A DNA stretch of 50,380 nt from a virus (lineage: Duplodnaviria; Caudoviricetes). How positions within the stretch are numbered: the first letter of the stretch is position 1; the number at the start of each line of letters is the position of its first letter. Of this stretch, positions 36,210 through 45,341 are shown piece after piece. Both the position numbers and the translations under genes were made by a program. Under the pieces are notes generated by a model. That model had not been told where the DNA came from. It made no database searches and worked only from the letters and a program-made list of their open reading frames with translations. The stretch lies in the IMG/VR virus record IMGVR_UViG_3300032360_000014, positions 1 through 50,380 of that record. One strand, given 5' to 3'.

Positions 36210-36421
36210 AGAAAGACGGCTTACGTACCTTTGTCATTAAGCTTGCGCTTGACCTAGGCCGTTTGCCGTCGGAACTTAAACAACAGCTGACTAATGCTGA
36301 GTTGGTTGAATTACTTGCCTTTCACAACCTGCAATTAAATGCGGCGTCAAACCCCAAACCTACGATGACGAACGAACAAGCTGAACAGTTTTTATCTTCC
36401 ATGGGAGCAAGAAAAGCATGA
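36200..36421 (+). CDS. -1 frameshift extension of the tail chaperone (GT-like)
   Basis: Slippery A AAA AAC at 36200-36206; the -1 frame is open (LKKDGLRTFVIKLALDLGRLPSEL...) to a TGA overlapping the TMP ATG. Confidence 0.85.
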   Translation, partial: KKLKKDGLRTFVIKLALDLGRLPSELKQQLTNAELVELLAFHNLQLNAASNPKPTMTNEQAEQFLSSMGARKA

Positions 36422-38727
36422 GTAATAGCACCCTTGCTGCGTTAAATATCATGATCGGCGCTAACTCCGCCATTTTGCGCAAAGAACTAACCCGTGCAAA
36501 AAAAGCCACAGGGCAGTTTGTTAATAATGCCAAAAAGCAGTTCAGCGCATTAGCAAAAAGCTCAGCCAGCATGGGTAAAAATATGGGGCGCGGCATTTTA
36601 GCCGGTACTGCCACGCTCGGTGCGGGGGTGTATGCGGTTAAACGCACCCTTAAATCTATTGACGAAATCCGCCGCCAAGCGGCCAATGTTAGTATGCCTG
36701 TTGAACAGTACCAGGCGTACGCGTTTGCCACGCGCGCGGCGGGGTTAGAGTCAGAGCAATTTGCAGATGTAATAAAAGACCTCAACGCCAAAGTGAGTGA
36801 TTTTTCGCTCACAGGCGGCGGGGCCATGGCCGACTTTTTTAAAGTCTCAGGGCAAAGTGTGCAGCAGTGGCAGCAGTTACAACCCGCCCAGCAATTTGAA
36901 CGATTCACCCAAGAAATCAATAAAATGAGTCAAAGCCAAGCGCGTTTTTGGCTTGACGAGATCAACGACTCAGCCAGCCAAATGTTTGGCACCCTCGTCG
37001 GCAACAAAGGCGAATTTGCGGCTAACGTAAAAATGGCCCAAGACTTGGGCTTAGTCATGAGTCAAGACGTACTAGCAGGCGTGAAAGCCACGCACCTTGA
37101 AGTCAATACCCTCGGTGCTATGCTCGGCGGGGCGTGGCAACACCTCGTAGCCGCCGCAGCCCCCGCCATTAAGTATGTAACCGAAAGTTTAAGATCATGG
37201 CTTACCGACACCGCCAACGCCAATGGCGGCTTTGCAAACTTAGGTAAAACCCTCGCAAATTCTATTTTAAGCGCGGTACAAACCAGCATACACAGCTTGT
37301 CGCAGTTGTTTTATCAAGTGAACAGCGCCACCTATAAAATCTCAGGTGAGCACAGCGCGGCTTACATTGTTATGCAGCGCAATGTACGCAACCTAAATAA
37401 CGTGTATAACCAGCAAGCCCGCGATTATGAAAATAATGTCGCCGCTTATCAAAAAACCAAAGCAATTTTAAAAGAGGTCGAAAACGGCACCCGCAGTTTA
37501 TCGCAAGTGCAGCAACAGGAGGCCCGAAAGTTTATTGCAGGGCACGAACAAAGCTTATACGCTATGGGCCGCACTGGAATGCAGCTTGAAAATTTAGAAC
37601 AGCAGCTCACCGAGTTTGAGCAACAACAAGGCATTACCGCCCCATTTACAAATGCCCTTTCAACCATCAAAAAGCTTAAAAGCGAAATTGCCAATGTAAA
37701 AGTTGACTTGTCAGGCTTTACTCCCCCAGTAACCCCCGATGCACCAGATTACAAGCCACAAACTGTGGTAGTAAACCCGTTTGCCGCGCAGATCAAGCAA
37801 GCCCAGCAATACTACGAAACAAAGCGCTTAATGCGTGAGCAAGACTGGAGCGAAGAAAGAGCCCAGTTAGCAATTAAGCTCAGCGAATATGCGAAAGCAA
37901 ACAGCCAAAAGGTGATCAACGACGAACAATATCGACTACTCGCAACTCAAGCCACCGAGCAATATAACGCGGCGCAGTTACAGCAAAACCAAGGCTTTTT
38001 AGCGCAACTAAAAGCGCAAGTGGCGCAAACATCAACCGACTATCAAACCATGTGGGGCAATACATTTGACCGCTTCACCCAAGGTATAGGGCAAAGTGTC
38101 GCCAATGCGGTAATGACCCAGAAAAGCTTTAGCGACAGCATGAAAGGCATGTTGCGCGGGGTACTACAAAGCACCATTGCAGCACTTGCTGAAATGGGCG
38201 CAAAGCGCTTGGCGCTATGGGCCGTTGAAAAAATGCTTAATAAAGCCACGGCGACTGGCGCAGCGGGGTTATTTACAGTCCAAGCCCAAGCAATGGCAAT
38301 GATGGCGGGCTTAAATGCCTTTGCCAGCACCGCCGCGATTCCCATTGTTGGCCCGCCTGCAGCGCCCGCAGCTATGGCGTCAGCGCTGGCCGTTACTCAA
38401 CCGATGGCCGCAGCTATAACGGGTATAAGCGCGGGCATGGTGGGTATGGCCCACAGCGGTATTGAGTCAGTACCGCGCGAAGGGACTTGGTTGCTCGACA
38501 AAGGCGAGCGAGTCTATACCAATGAATCTGCCGACAAGCTCGATGCCATGTACGACGCTATCAGCACACTGGCAAGTCAACAACACACTGGCCCCGCCAC
38601 GTCACCCACAGTGAACGTGTCGTTTAACGTACAAGCAGGAAACGTAAACGGTTTTGAACAGTGGTTTGAAGAAAATCAAGACAGCGTGATCCGCACAATA
38701 CAAGAAAACATGGACCGACCAATTTAA
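36418..38727 (+). CDS. Tape measure protein
   Basis: 769 aa, Ala/Gln-rich helical, C-terminal AHSGIESVPREGTWLLDKGERV. Confidence 0.95.
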   Translation: MSNSTLAALNIMIGANSAILRKELTRAKKATGQFVNNAKKQFSALAKSSASMGKNMGRGILAGTATLGAGVYAVKRTLKSIDEIRRQAANVSMPVEQYQAYAFATRAAGLESEQFADVIKDLNAKVSDFSLTGGGAMADFFKVSGQSVQQWQQLQPAQQFERFTQEINKMSQSQARFWLDEINDSASQMFGTLVGNKGEFAANVKMAQDLGLVMSQDVLAGVKATHLEVNTLGAMLGGAWQHLVAAAAPAIKYVTESLRSWLTDTANANGGFANLGKTLANSILSAVQTSIHSLSQLFYQVNSATYKISGEHSAAYIVMQRNVRNLNNVYNQQARDYENNVAAYQKTKAILKEVENGTRSLSQVQQQEARKFIAGHEQSLYAMGRTGMQLENLEQQLTEFEQQQGITAPFTNALSTIKKLKSEIANVKVDLSGFTPPVTPDAPDYKPQTVVVNPFAAQIKQAQQYYETKRLMREQDWSEERAQLAIKLSEYAKANSQKVINDEQYRLLATQATEQYNAAQLQQNQGFLAQLKAQVAQTSTDYQTMWGNTFDRFTQGIGQSVANAVMTQKSFSDSMKGMLRGVLQSTIAALAEMGAKRLALWAVEKMLNKATATGAAGLFTVQAQAMAMMAGLNAFASTAAIPIVGPPAAPAAMASALAVTQPMAAAITGISAGMVGMAHSGIESVPREGTWLLDKGERVYTNESADKLDAMYDAISTLASQQHTGPATSPTVNVSFNVQAGNVNGFEQWFEENQDSVIRTIQENMDRPI

Positions 38728-38752
38728 CTCATTTGCAAAAATAAGGGTTACA

Positions 38753-39367
38753 ATGCTTTTTCCCCCTGAATTTATCGACCCACAAACCGCAAAGCTCGGC
38801 AGTAAAACACACACTCAATTTAACGCAAGCCATGGCGGTAATGGCTACGTGAATCAGTTGGGCGATCCGCATATATGGACCCTCGATCTAACAACGCCCA
38901 CGCTGGTATATACGCAAAGCATGGCGCTTTATGCGTTTGCGTGTTCGCTTGAAGGCCGCTTTAAAAGCTTTCAGTTAGCCAACCCATTGCCGCCGCTCGG
39001 CCACGGCATTGGGTCGCAAAGTTCAGCGCGCTATGTACACATGCCAGGTGACAACAAAGTCAGTATAAAAAACGCCCCCGCCAATCAAATGGGCGCACTG
39101 CAGGCAGGTGACTTTATTCAGTTTTTATCACATTCCAAAGCTTACATGATCACAAAGCCTGTCAATACCAACGGCGTAGGTGAAACCACCGTGTTTTTTA
39201 CGCCCTCACTGCGCCAGCGCATTGAGGTTGGCACCGTGATCCGCACCGGCTCAAACGTAAAATTTAATTTAGCCATGACCACCGACAAGCACGGCATTAT
39301 GTTTGATGCCCGCAAAGCCAGTGAACAAAAAGTTGTACTCACTTTTGAGGAGCGCCTACATGATTAA
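38753..39367 (+). CDS. Distal tail protein
   Basis: Follows TMP; L.GR..SF, GDFIQF, F.PSLR. Confidence 0.75.
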   Translation: MLFPPEFIDPQTAKLGSKTHTQFNASHGGNGYVNQLGDPHIWTLDLTTPTLVYTQSMALYAFACSLEGRFKSFQLANPLPPLGHGIGSQSSARYVHMPGDNKVSIKNAPANQMGALQAGDFIQFLSHSKAYMITKPVNTNGVGETTVFFTPSLRQRIEVGTVIRTGSNVKFNLAMTTDKHGIMFDARKASEQKVVLTFEERLHD

Positions 39368-39977
39368 ACTCAGTCAAGCATTGCTAAAGACCCTTGCAGG
39401 CCCGCATAGATACAGCCATACCCTCACCATTTTGTTACCCAACACCCCCGCGCTTAGGCTCACCGACGCCCCCCACGACATTGTGCTAAATAATGTGACA
39501 TACCAAAGCGGCCACTGGTTTAAAGCCCCGCACATTGAGGTTATGAGTGAGCCCAAGGTCGGAGAGTTAGCGATCCGCTTGCAAGCGAACAACAACGCAT
39601 TAAACGCCTTGTTTTTTAATACCAATTGGCTCAACGCCCCCGTGTCAATCAAGCGTGCTTACTACAACCAAGACAACCAGCATCAAGGCACCATGGAATT
39701 ATGGCGCGGGTCGATCAGCGGTAAATCGGGTACCGAAAGTCAAAAAGAAGCCACGCTCGATTTAAAAGCCGCGTCTATTTGGGCCGACTTTGCCGCCAAG
39801 CGCGGCCGAAAAACCAACCCAGAAAGCCAGCATATTTATTACCCCGATGACAATGGCTTTGAATTTAGTGGGGTGCTTATCAACGACATTCCTTGGGGCC
39901 GAGAAGGCAAAACCCCAGCGCTGGGAAGTGGTGGAGGGCGCAGTGGGCGCGGCAATATGAAGCAGGTACAAAAATGA
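39360..39977 (+). CDS. Baseplate hub/minor tail protein
   Basis: LRLTD, W.G, S.WADF...GR.TN, D.GFEF, WG; start MIKL with GAGG RBS. Confidence 0.75.
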   Translation: MIKLSQALLKTLAGPHRYSHTLTILLPNTPALRLTDAPHDIVLNNVTYQSGHWFKAPHIEVMSEPKVGELAIRLQANNNALNALFFNTNWLNAPVSIKRAYYNQDNQHQGTMELWRGSISGKSGTESQKEATLDLKAASIWADFAAKRGRKTNPESQHIYYPDDNGFEFSGVLINDIPWGREGKTPALGSGGGRSGRGNMKQVQK

Positions 39978-42900
39978 GTTTGTGGACAGAAATTAGAGAC
40001 TTTGTAACGTTGCGCTGGTTAGTGCCAGAGCAGCCCCAAGCAGCAACCGGCACGCTACTGACCAAAGCGGCATCCGATGAACATATTAAAGTGGTGTACG
40101 GGCGGCGTACAATTTCGGGGACGATTGTATTTAAGAACATCACAAACCCCAACGACAACGATGATGTAAAAAACGACTTATTGCACTTGGTGATCGTGTG
40201 GTCAGAGCCCGTCACCTGTATTGAGCAAATTTGGCTTGGCGATCATCCAAGCCAAGACGCCCGCTATAACAAAGTCGTGTCGATGGCGCATTTCATCAAC
40301 GGCATGAGTAACTACCAAGATCCGCACCTTTTAGCAGCAGGGTGGGACCCTGTGGCCAAAAAGCACCAATTAACAGGGTTAGCATGTAGTTATGTGCGCC
40401 TAGAGTGGCTAATTGGCGAAGATAACCCGTGGAGCGGTGTGCCCAATATCAAAGCCACGGTACTGGGCGGGCAAGTAAAAAAGCTTATTGGCGTTGGTAA
40501 ACATGCAAGCAGCAACCCCGCCGAATGTTTGTTAGATTATTTACAAAATACCCGATATGGCAAAGGCCTTGCCGATCAGTACATAGACATTGACTCATTT
40601 AAACGCGGGGCGCGAATATGTAACACCCCTGTGCCTATTCACCAAGACACAACCGAGACCAAGCCTTTATTTACCGCCAACATAGCGCTTGATACGTCTA
40701 ATCGCGTGCTGGATAACGTCAACAGTTTATTAAAAGCCATGCGGGCCACGCTGCCCGTGATCAACGGCAAACTTACTTTATTAATTGAGCAAGACGACCC
40801 CGCCGTAAATAAGCCGATCACCGCCGACATGATCCGCAAAACACTCAAGCACAGCGAGGGCGGCAAATCGTCACGCTTTAACCGCGTGATCGTCGAGTTT
40901 GACGACGCACAAAAAAAATTCAGTGCACAGCAAGCTGTATACCCACCGCCTGAGAGCGAACTGGCTAAAACATGGTTGGCACAAGACAACGGCGAAGTAT
41001 TAGAGCAAAGCGTTAAAGTCAATGCCATTACAGACTATTACGAAGCCCGCCAAATGGCGCGCATTATTGCGATGTTAAGCCGTGAGTCGCTCAATGTAGA
41101 AATAGAAGTGTGCCCGCTGGCGTTGCAATATACCCACGGCGACGTGATCCCACTGTTTTACGAAAAGCTCGGTTTTGCAGGTAAGCCGTTTCGTTTAGTG
41201 CAATCAACCATGTTGGCCGACGGCTGGTTTAAATTAACCTTGCGAGAGCATCAACCGCACATTTATAACTGGCACAATAGCAATGTGCGCCCGCCCATAC
41301 CAGACAGCACATTACCCAGCCCAACCAACGTGGCCACACCGACAGACTTAACGTTTATCAGTGTCAAAGATGGCGGTGTGTTGATCAGTTGGCAATCGCC
41401 GTATTCGTCGTTTGATTTTGAGTTATACAAAAATACCAGGCGCATTAAACTGGGTACCCTCGCGCAACCTGAATACTTAATTAATACGCTAAGCAAAGGA
41501 GACTACAGCTTAGACATACGGGCCCGCTCGGCATTAGGGTTTAGCAGCCCATGGGCCAATATTGATTTTAGTGTTACTTTGCCAGAAAAGCCCATTATTA
41601 GCGTACACTCGCGCACCGTGTCGGCGGTAACATTAAGCGCGCACGTACAAAGCGCAGGCTTAAACACCCAATTTGAATGGCAATTTGCGGGCAATGGCGC
41701 TCAAAAAAATGCCACTGGCGCACAGCTCACCATGGCGGGCTTACTGCCCGACACAGAGTACAGTGGGCAGTGCCGCACACACAATATTGCGGGCAAAAGC
41801 CCATGGCAAGCATTCAGAGTTAAAACCATGGCGCTCAGCGCGTCAGAGCGTGTCACAGGGCTGGTCTTTGAGCTAAGTCAGTCACCAAACTGGCTCAGCT
41901 TGGGCGACACATGGCAGCCCGCCACGCTTGAACAAAATTGCGCGGTGGTACTCAACGATGCGAAGTCACAAACGCAACTGGCGCGCCACTCGTTTAGCGT
42001 AAATTTAGACGGTGAAAGCGGGGTACTAACGGCACAATTAAACGACGATGCAACCAACGACAGCGGCGAACCGCTGTTAATTACATTCGACGGCCAAGGC
42101 ACCCCCAATTTAACCGCCACGGCTACACATGGCCTACTCGTGCAGCGGCAACTATTTAGTGTCACGGGTGTTAATTTACAAGACATCAAAGACATTAAAA
42201 AAGGCATAAGCGAGATAGACGAACTCGCCGAGTCGGTGCTTGAACAAGCATTAGACAGCGAACAAGTATTCGACGCTGACTTAAAAAGCACCCTGCACTT
42301 AGAGCAAAAAACCGATACCACCAATGCGGTAGTAAGCGAAGCCGCCGCCGCACAAGCAAGTGAAAACGAAGCCATAGCAACGCGTATTAAAAACGTAAAA
42401 TCCGCAGTTGAAAACAGTAGTGCGCAAATTGTCGAAGTGTCACAAACCCTTGCGAGCACCAAGCAAGCACTATCAACCAAAATCACACAACTAACGTCTA
42501 CAGTGGGTGAAAACCACAGTGAAATTAAAACCTATTTCATCACAAAAGCAGACTCACAAAGCGCTATTTCACAAGCAAAAAACGCATTAACCAGTGAGTT
42601 TAATGACAACCTTGCTAGCTTAGACCAAACGTTTTATACCAAAGCAAACACTGACGAAGCCATTGCAGCCGAGAGTACACGACTTGAAGCCAGTATTAAT
42701 GGACGCTTGGGGGCGGTTAACGAATCAATTAATCTCGTTAAAAGCGACGTGGAAGGCAATAACTCAGCATTGAATACGCTCACGCTGCGCGCAAACAGCA
42801 TTGATGGCAGCGTGTGGGCCGTAAATAACAGGGTCGATACAGCGCAAACCGATGCAAACAACAACAGCCGCGCCATTTCAGCGCTAAATTTACGTGCTGA

Positions 42901-43936
42901 AAACATAGAGAAAGGGGTCAATGCCAACACCAGTCAAATCTCAGATGTTAAAACCACCGCCGAGGGCGCAGCAACGGCTACGCAAAATCTCACAACGCGG
43001 GTCAGTAATTCCGAGGGCCGAATTAGCAGTGCAAATTTAACGCTACAATCTCATGCGGGAGCGCTGGGCCAGCTCAATGCCAGAGCTGCGCTGCAAGTAA
43101 ATGCCGACGGCAAAATAACGGGTCTTGATATTACACCGGGCAAGATGAAATTTGATGCTGACTCGTTTGAATGGCACACCCATGCATCGTATTCACCATG
43201 GAAAAGTGTAATAAAGGCTAGAGATGGAGGTATAGCTGGGTATCGAAATGAATCTTGGCGTTGGTATATTAGCAGCGGCGGGAGATTTTCAGGCAATAGT
43301 TTTCAAGGTCATAGCATTGAATTAGGTAGTGAAACAGGATGGTCAGCACTTGCTATTAGCGCTTATTCGGGTCACACCGGTGCGAGGGTATACGGAAAGT
43401 TTAAAGCATTTGAAGGCAGAAGCCGCGATTGGGCTTTTTATGCAGCCGAAGGCGAAATAGGCCCCCACACCTCTGCACATGAAACCTTACTTCCCAAAGA
43501 ACTCACGCCAATTGAAGGCGACATTCTATGTGATGACGAACTCATGCACATTGCCAATATCTCCAATGCCATTTGTACAGCAAAGCTATCTAGTAGCCCC
43601 ATGGACGTTACGGCCCGAGGCATTTACACCCGCCGACGAACGCTTACAGACGAAAAGCCCGCAGGCTTAGAGGGTTTTGAAGAGTGGGAGCAACTGGCCT
43701 ACTTATACGACATAGCCTCAATCAACGCCGGTGGCGAAGGCGCAATGAACGTGTGCGGTGAAGGCGGTAATTTGCAAACGGGCGACCTCATTTGCTCAAG
43801 CTCTATGCTCGGCAAAGGCATGCGCCAACCCACGCAAAGCGAGGAACGTTACACCATAGCCCAAGTGCGCCACAACGTCACTTTTGACTCCCCCGACCAA
43901 GTAAAAATGGTCGCAGTAATTTACAAACGAGGTTAA
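39974..43936 (+). CDS. Tail tip/central fibre (J-like) with FnIII and coiled-coil regions and a C-terminal chaperone-like domain
   Basis: VVYGRR, SNPAECLLDYL..RYG, FNRV.V.F, FnIII-like segments, heptads, GEG..NVCGEGG..GDLI.SS..GKGM; ATG 39974 overlaps the previous gene. Confidence 0.9.
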   Translation: MSLWTEIRDFVTLRWLVPEQPQAATGTLLTKAASDEHIKVVYGRRTISGTIVFKNITNPNDNDDVKNDLLHLVIVWSEPVTCIEQIWLGDHPSQDARYNKVVSMAHFINGMSNYQDPHLLAAGWDPVAKKHQLTGLACSYVRLEWLIGEDNPWSGVPNIKATVLGGQVKKLIGVGKHASSNPAECLLDYLQNTRYGKGLADQYIDIDSFKRGARICNTPVPIHQDTTETKPLFTANIALDTSNRVLDNVNSLLKAMRATLPVINGKLTLLIEQDDPAVNKPITADMIRKTLKHSEGGKSSRFNRVIVEFDDAQKKFSAQQAVYPPPESELAKTWLAQDNGEVLEQSVKVNAITDYYEARQMARIIAMLSRESLNVEIEVCPLALQYTHGDVIPLFYEKLGFAGKPFRLVQSTMLADGWFKLTLREHQPHIYNWHNSNVRPPIPDSTLPSPTNVATPTDLTFISVKDGGVLISWQSPYSSFDFELYKNTRRIKLGTLAQPEYLINTLSKGDYSLDIRARSALGFSSPWANIDFSVTLPEKPIISVHSRTVSAVTLSAHVQSAGLNTQFEWQFAGNGAQKNATGAQLTMAGLLPDTEYSGQCRTHNIAGKSPWQAFRVKTMALSASERVTGLVFELSQSPNWLSLGDTWQPATLEQNCAVVLNDAKSQTQLARHSFSVNLDGESGVLTAQLNDDATNDSGEPLLITFDGQGTPNLTATATHGLLVQRQLFSVTGVNLQDIKDIKKGISEIDELAESVLEQALDSEQVFDADLKSTLHLEQKTDTTNAVVSEAAAAQASENEAIATRIKNVKSAVENSSAQIVEVSQTLASTKQALSTKITQLTSTVGENHSEIKTYFITKADSQSAISQAKNALTSEFNDNLASLDQTFYTKANTDEAIAAESTRLEASINGRLGAVNESINLVKSDVEGNNSALNTLTLRANSIDGSVWAVNNRVDTAQTDANNNSRAISALNLRAENIEKGVNANTSQISDVKTTAEGAATATQNLTTRVSNSEGRISSANLTLQSHAGALGQLNARAALQVNADGKITGLDITPGKMKFDADSFEWHTHASYSPWKSVIKARDGGIAGYRNESWRWYISSGGRFSGNSFQGHSIELGSETGWSALAISAYSGHTGARVYGKFKAFEGRSRDWAFYAAEGEIGPHTSAHETLLPKELTPIEGDILCDDELMHIANISNAICTAKLSSSPMDVTARGIYTRRRTLTDEKPAGLEGFEEWEQLAYLYDIASINAGGEGAMNVCGEGGNLQTGDLICSSSMLGKGMRQPTQSEERYTIAQVRHNVTFDSPDQVKMVAVIYKRG

Positions 43937-43938
43937 CA

Positions 43939-45306
43939 ATGACCTATTCAATCGGCACAATCTCAATACAAAAAAATAGCGCAATCATTACAGGTTCAAA
44001 CACGCTATTTGAACGGGTGGCAAAAGTCCAAAGCGGCGATTTATTCTACTTTCGCACAGGTGAGCAAGACCACATTTTACAAGTGGTTGAGGTTATAAGC
44101 GATACGCAAATAAAAGCCAGTATGCTCGATGGCACCGCGTTTAATCCCGCAGCCAATGCCAGCAACATTGGCTATGGCTTAGTGCAAAACTTTGCGGCCA
44201 CTACCCCCGCAAAACTGGCTAAGGGCATTGCTGAGCTTCAAGCAAAATGGCACCGCCGAGAAAGTGAATTAACCGGCTGGTTTACAAGCACCGCTGACAC
44301 TCATGCTATTACCAATTTTTTAGGTGAAGCCTCAGCCATTCCCACGCCCTCGAAAATTGCCGAACTCGCGCAAGTAGCCATGACTGCCAGCAGCGACTTG
44401 GCAAATATGGCGCAAGAAATAGCAACTAATCAACAAAGCTTAGCGAGCGTTGCACCGCGCATTAATGCCTTTGATGCAGTTTATCCGCAAGTCATAAGCG
44501 CGAATAACAACGTCATTACTAAGCACGATGAAATAGTGCATACACATAATGAGGTTATGGCCAAAGCCAGTGACGTACACGCAAATGCAGAGCAAATCGC
44601 AGCGCATAAACAAGCTGTGTTTGAGCTTAAACAAAGTGTACTGCAAGCCGCCGAGCTGGTGAGCCTCGACAAAACCCACAGTCACGCTGCAGCCGCCATT
44701 TGTGCGACGGCCCAAGCGCAAACACACGCCGATGTGCAGCAAGTGCAATCAGATAAAACACATATTGAACAGGTCAAAAATGACCTGAACGCATTGGGTG
44801 ATTCTCTGAGCAATGCTGTCACAAACGCTAAGCAAACAATCAACGAAAAAGCCCACACCACAGAGCAGCACATTAATCATGTAAGTGCGCAAATAAGCAC
44901 GCATGCAGACAGCATAAAAGCAGCGATTACCAGCACCGCACAGCAGTTTGATGCCAACACAGCAAAGCGAGCAAACAGCACAGCACAACATGCGCACAGT
45001 GCGATACGGGCAAACAATCAGGTGACCATGACACATGACCAAGTGGTGCAAACCGCGCAGCAGGTCAGCACTAATGTAGCCCAACTAACCACGCTTAAGA
45101 ACCGCGCCGAGGATGCACAACAGCAAACTGAACGTCACAGCGCACAAACATCGCTAGATGCGCTACACAGTAAAGCAAACGCGGCATTGTGTGCGCTGAG
45201 TATTAACACGCTGGCACAGCAAAACATCAAGCTAAACACAGCACTCAATGCAGCATTAAACAACACGCTTACAGCGCAGCAAATCAACCAACTGTTCCCA
45301 GTTTAA
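43939..45306 (+). CDS. Tail fibre-like coiled-coil protein
   Basis: Y..GTISI..NS..ITGSNT.F N-terminal anchor, then long Ala/Gln/His heptads. Confidence 0.75.
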   Translation: MTYSIGTISIQKNSAIITGSNTLFERVAKVQSGDLFYFRTGEQDHILQVVEVISDTQIKASMLDGTAFNPAANASNIGYGLVQNFAATTPAKLAKGIAELQAKWHRRESELTGWFTSTADTHAITNFLGEASAIPTPSKIAELAQVAMTASSDLANMAQEIATNQQSLASVAPRINAFDAVYPQVISANNNVITKHDEIVHTHNEVMAKASDVHANAEQIAAHKQAVFELKQSVLQAAELVSLDKTHSHAAAAICATAQAQTHADVQQVQSDKTHIEQVKNDLNALGDSLSNAVTNAKQTINEKAHTTEQHINHVSAQISTHADSIKAAITSTAQQFDANTAKRANSTAQHAHSAIRANNQVTMTHDQVVQTAQQVSTNVAQLTTLKNRAEDAQQQTERHSAQTSLDALHSKANAALCALSINTLAQQNIKLNTALNAALNNTLTAQQINQLFPV

Positions 45307-45341
45307 CTTCGAATAAATACAGAAAAATACAAAGGCACATT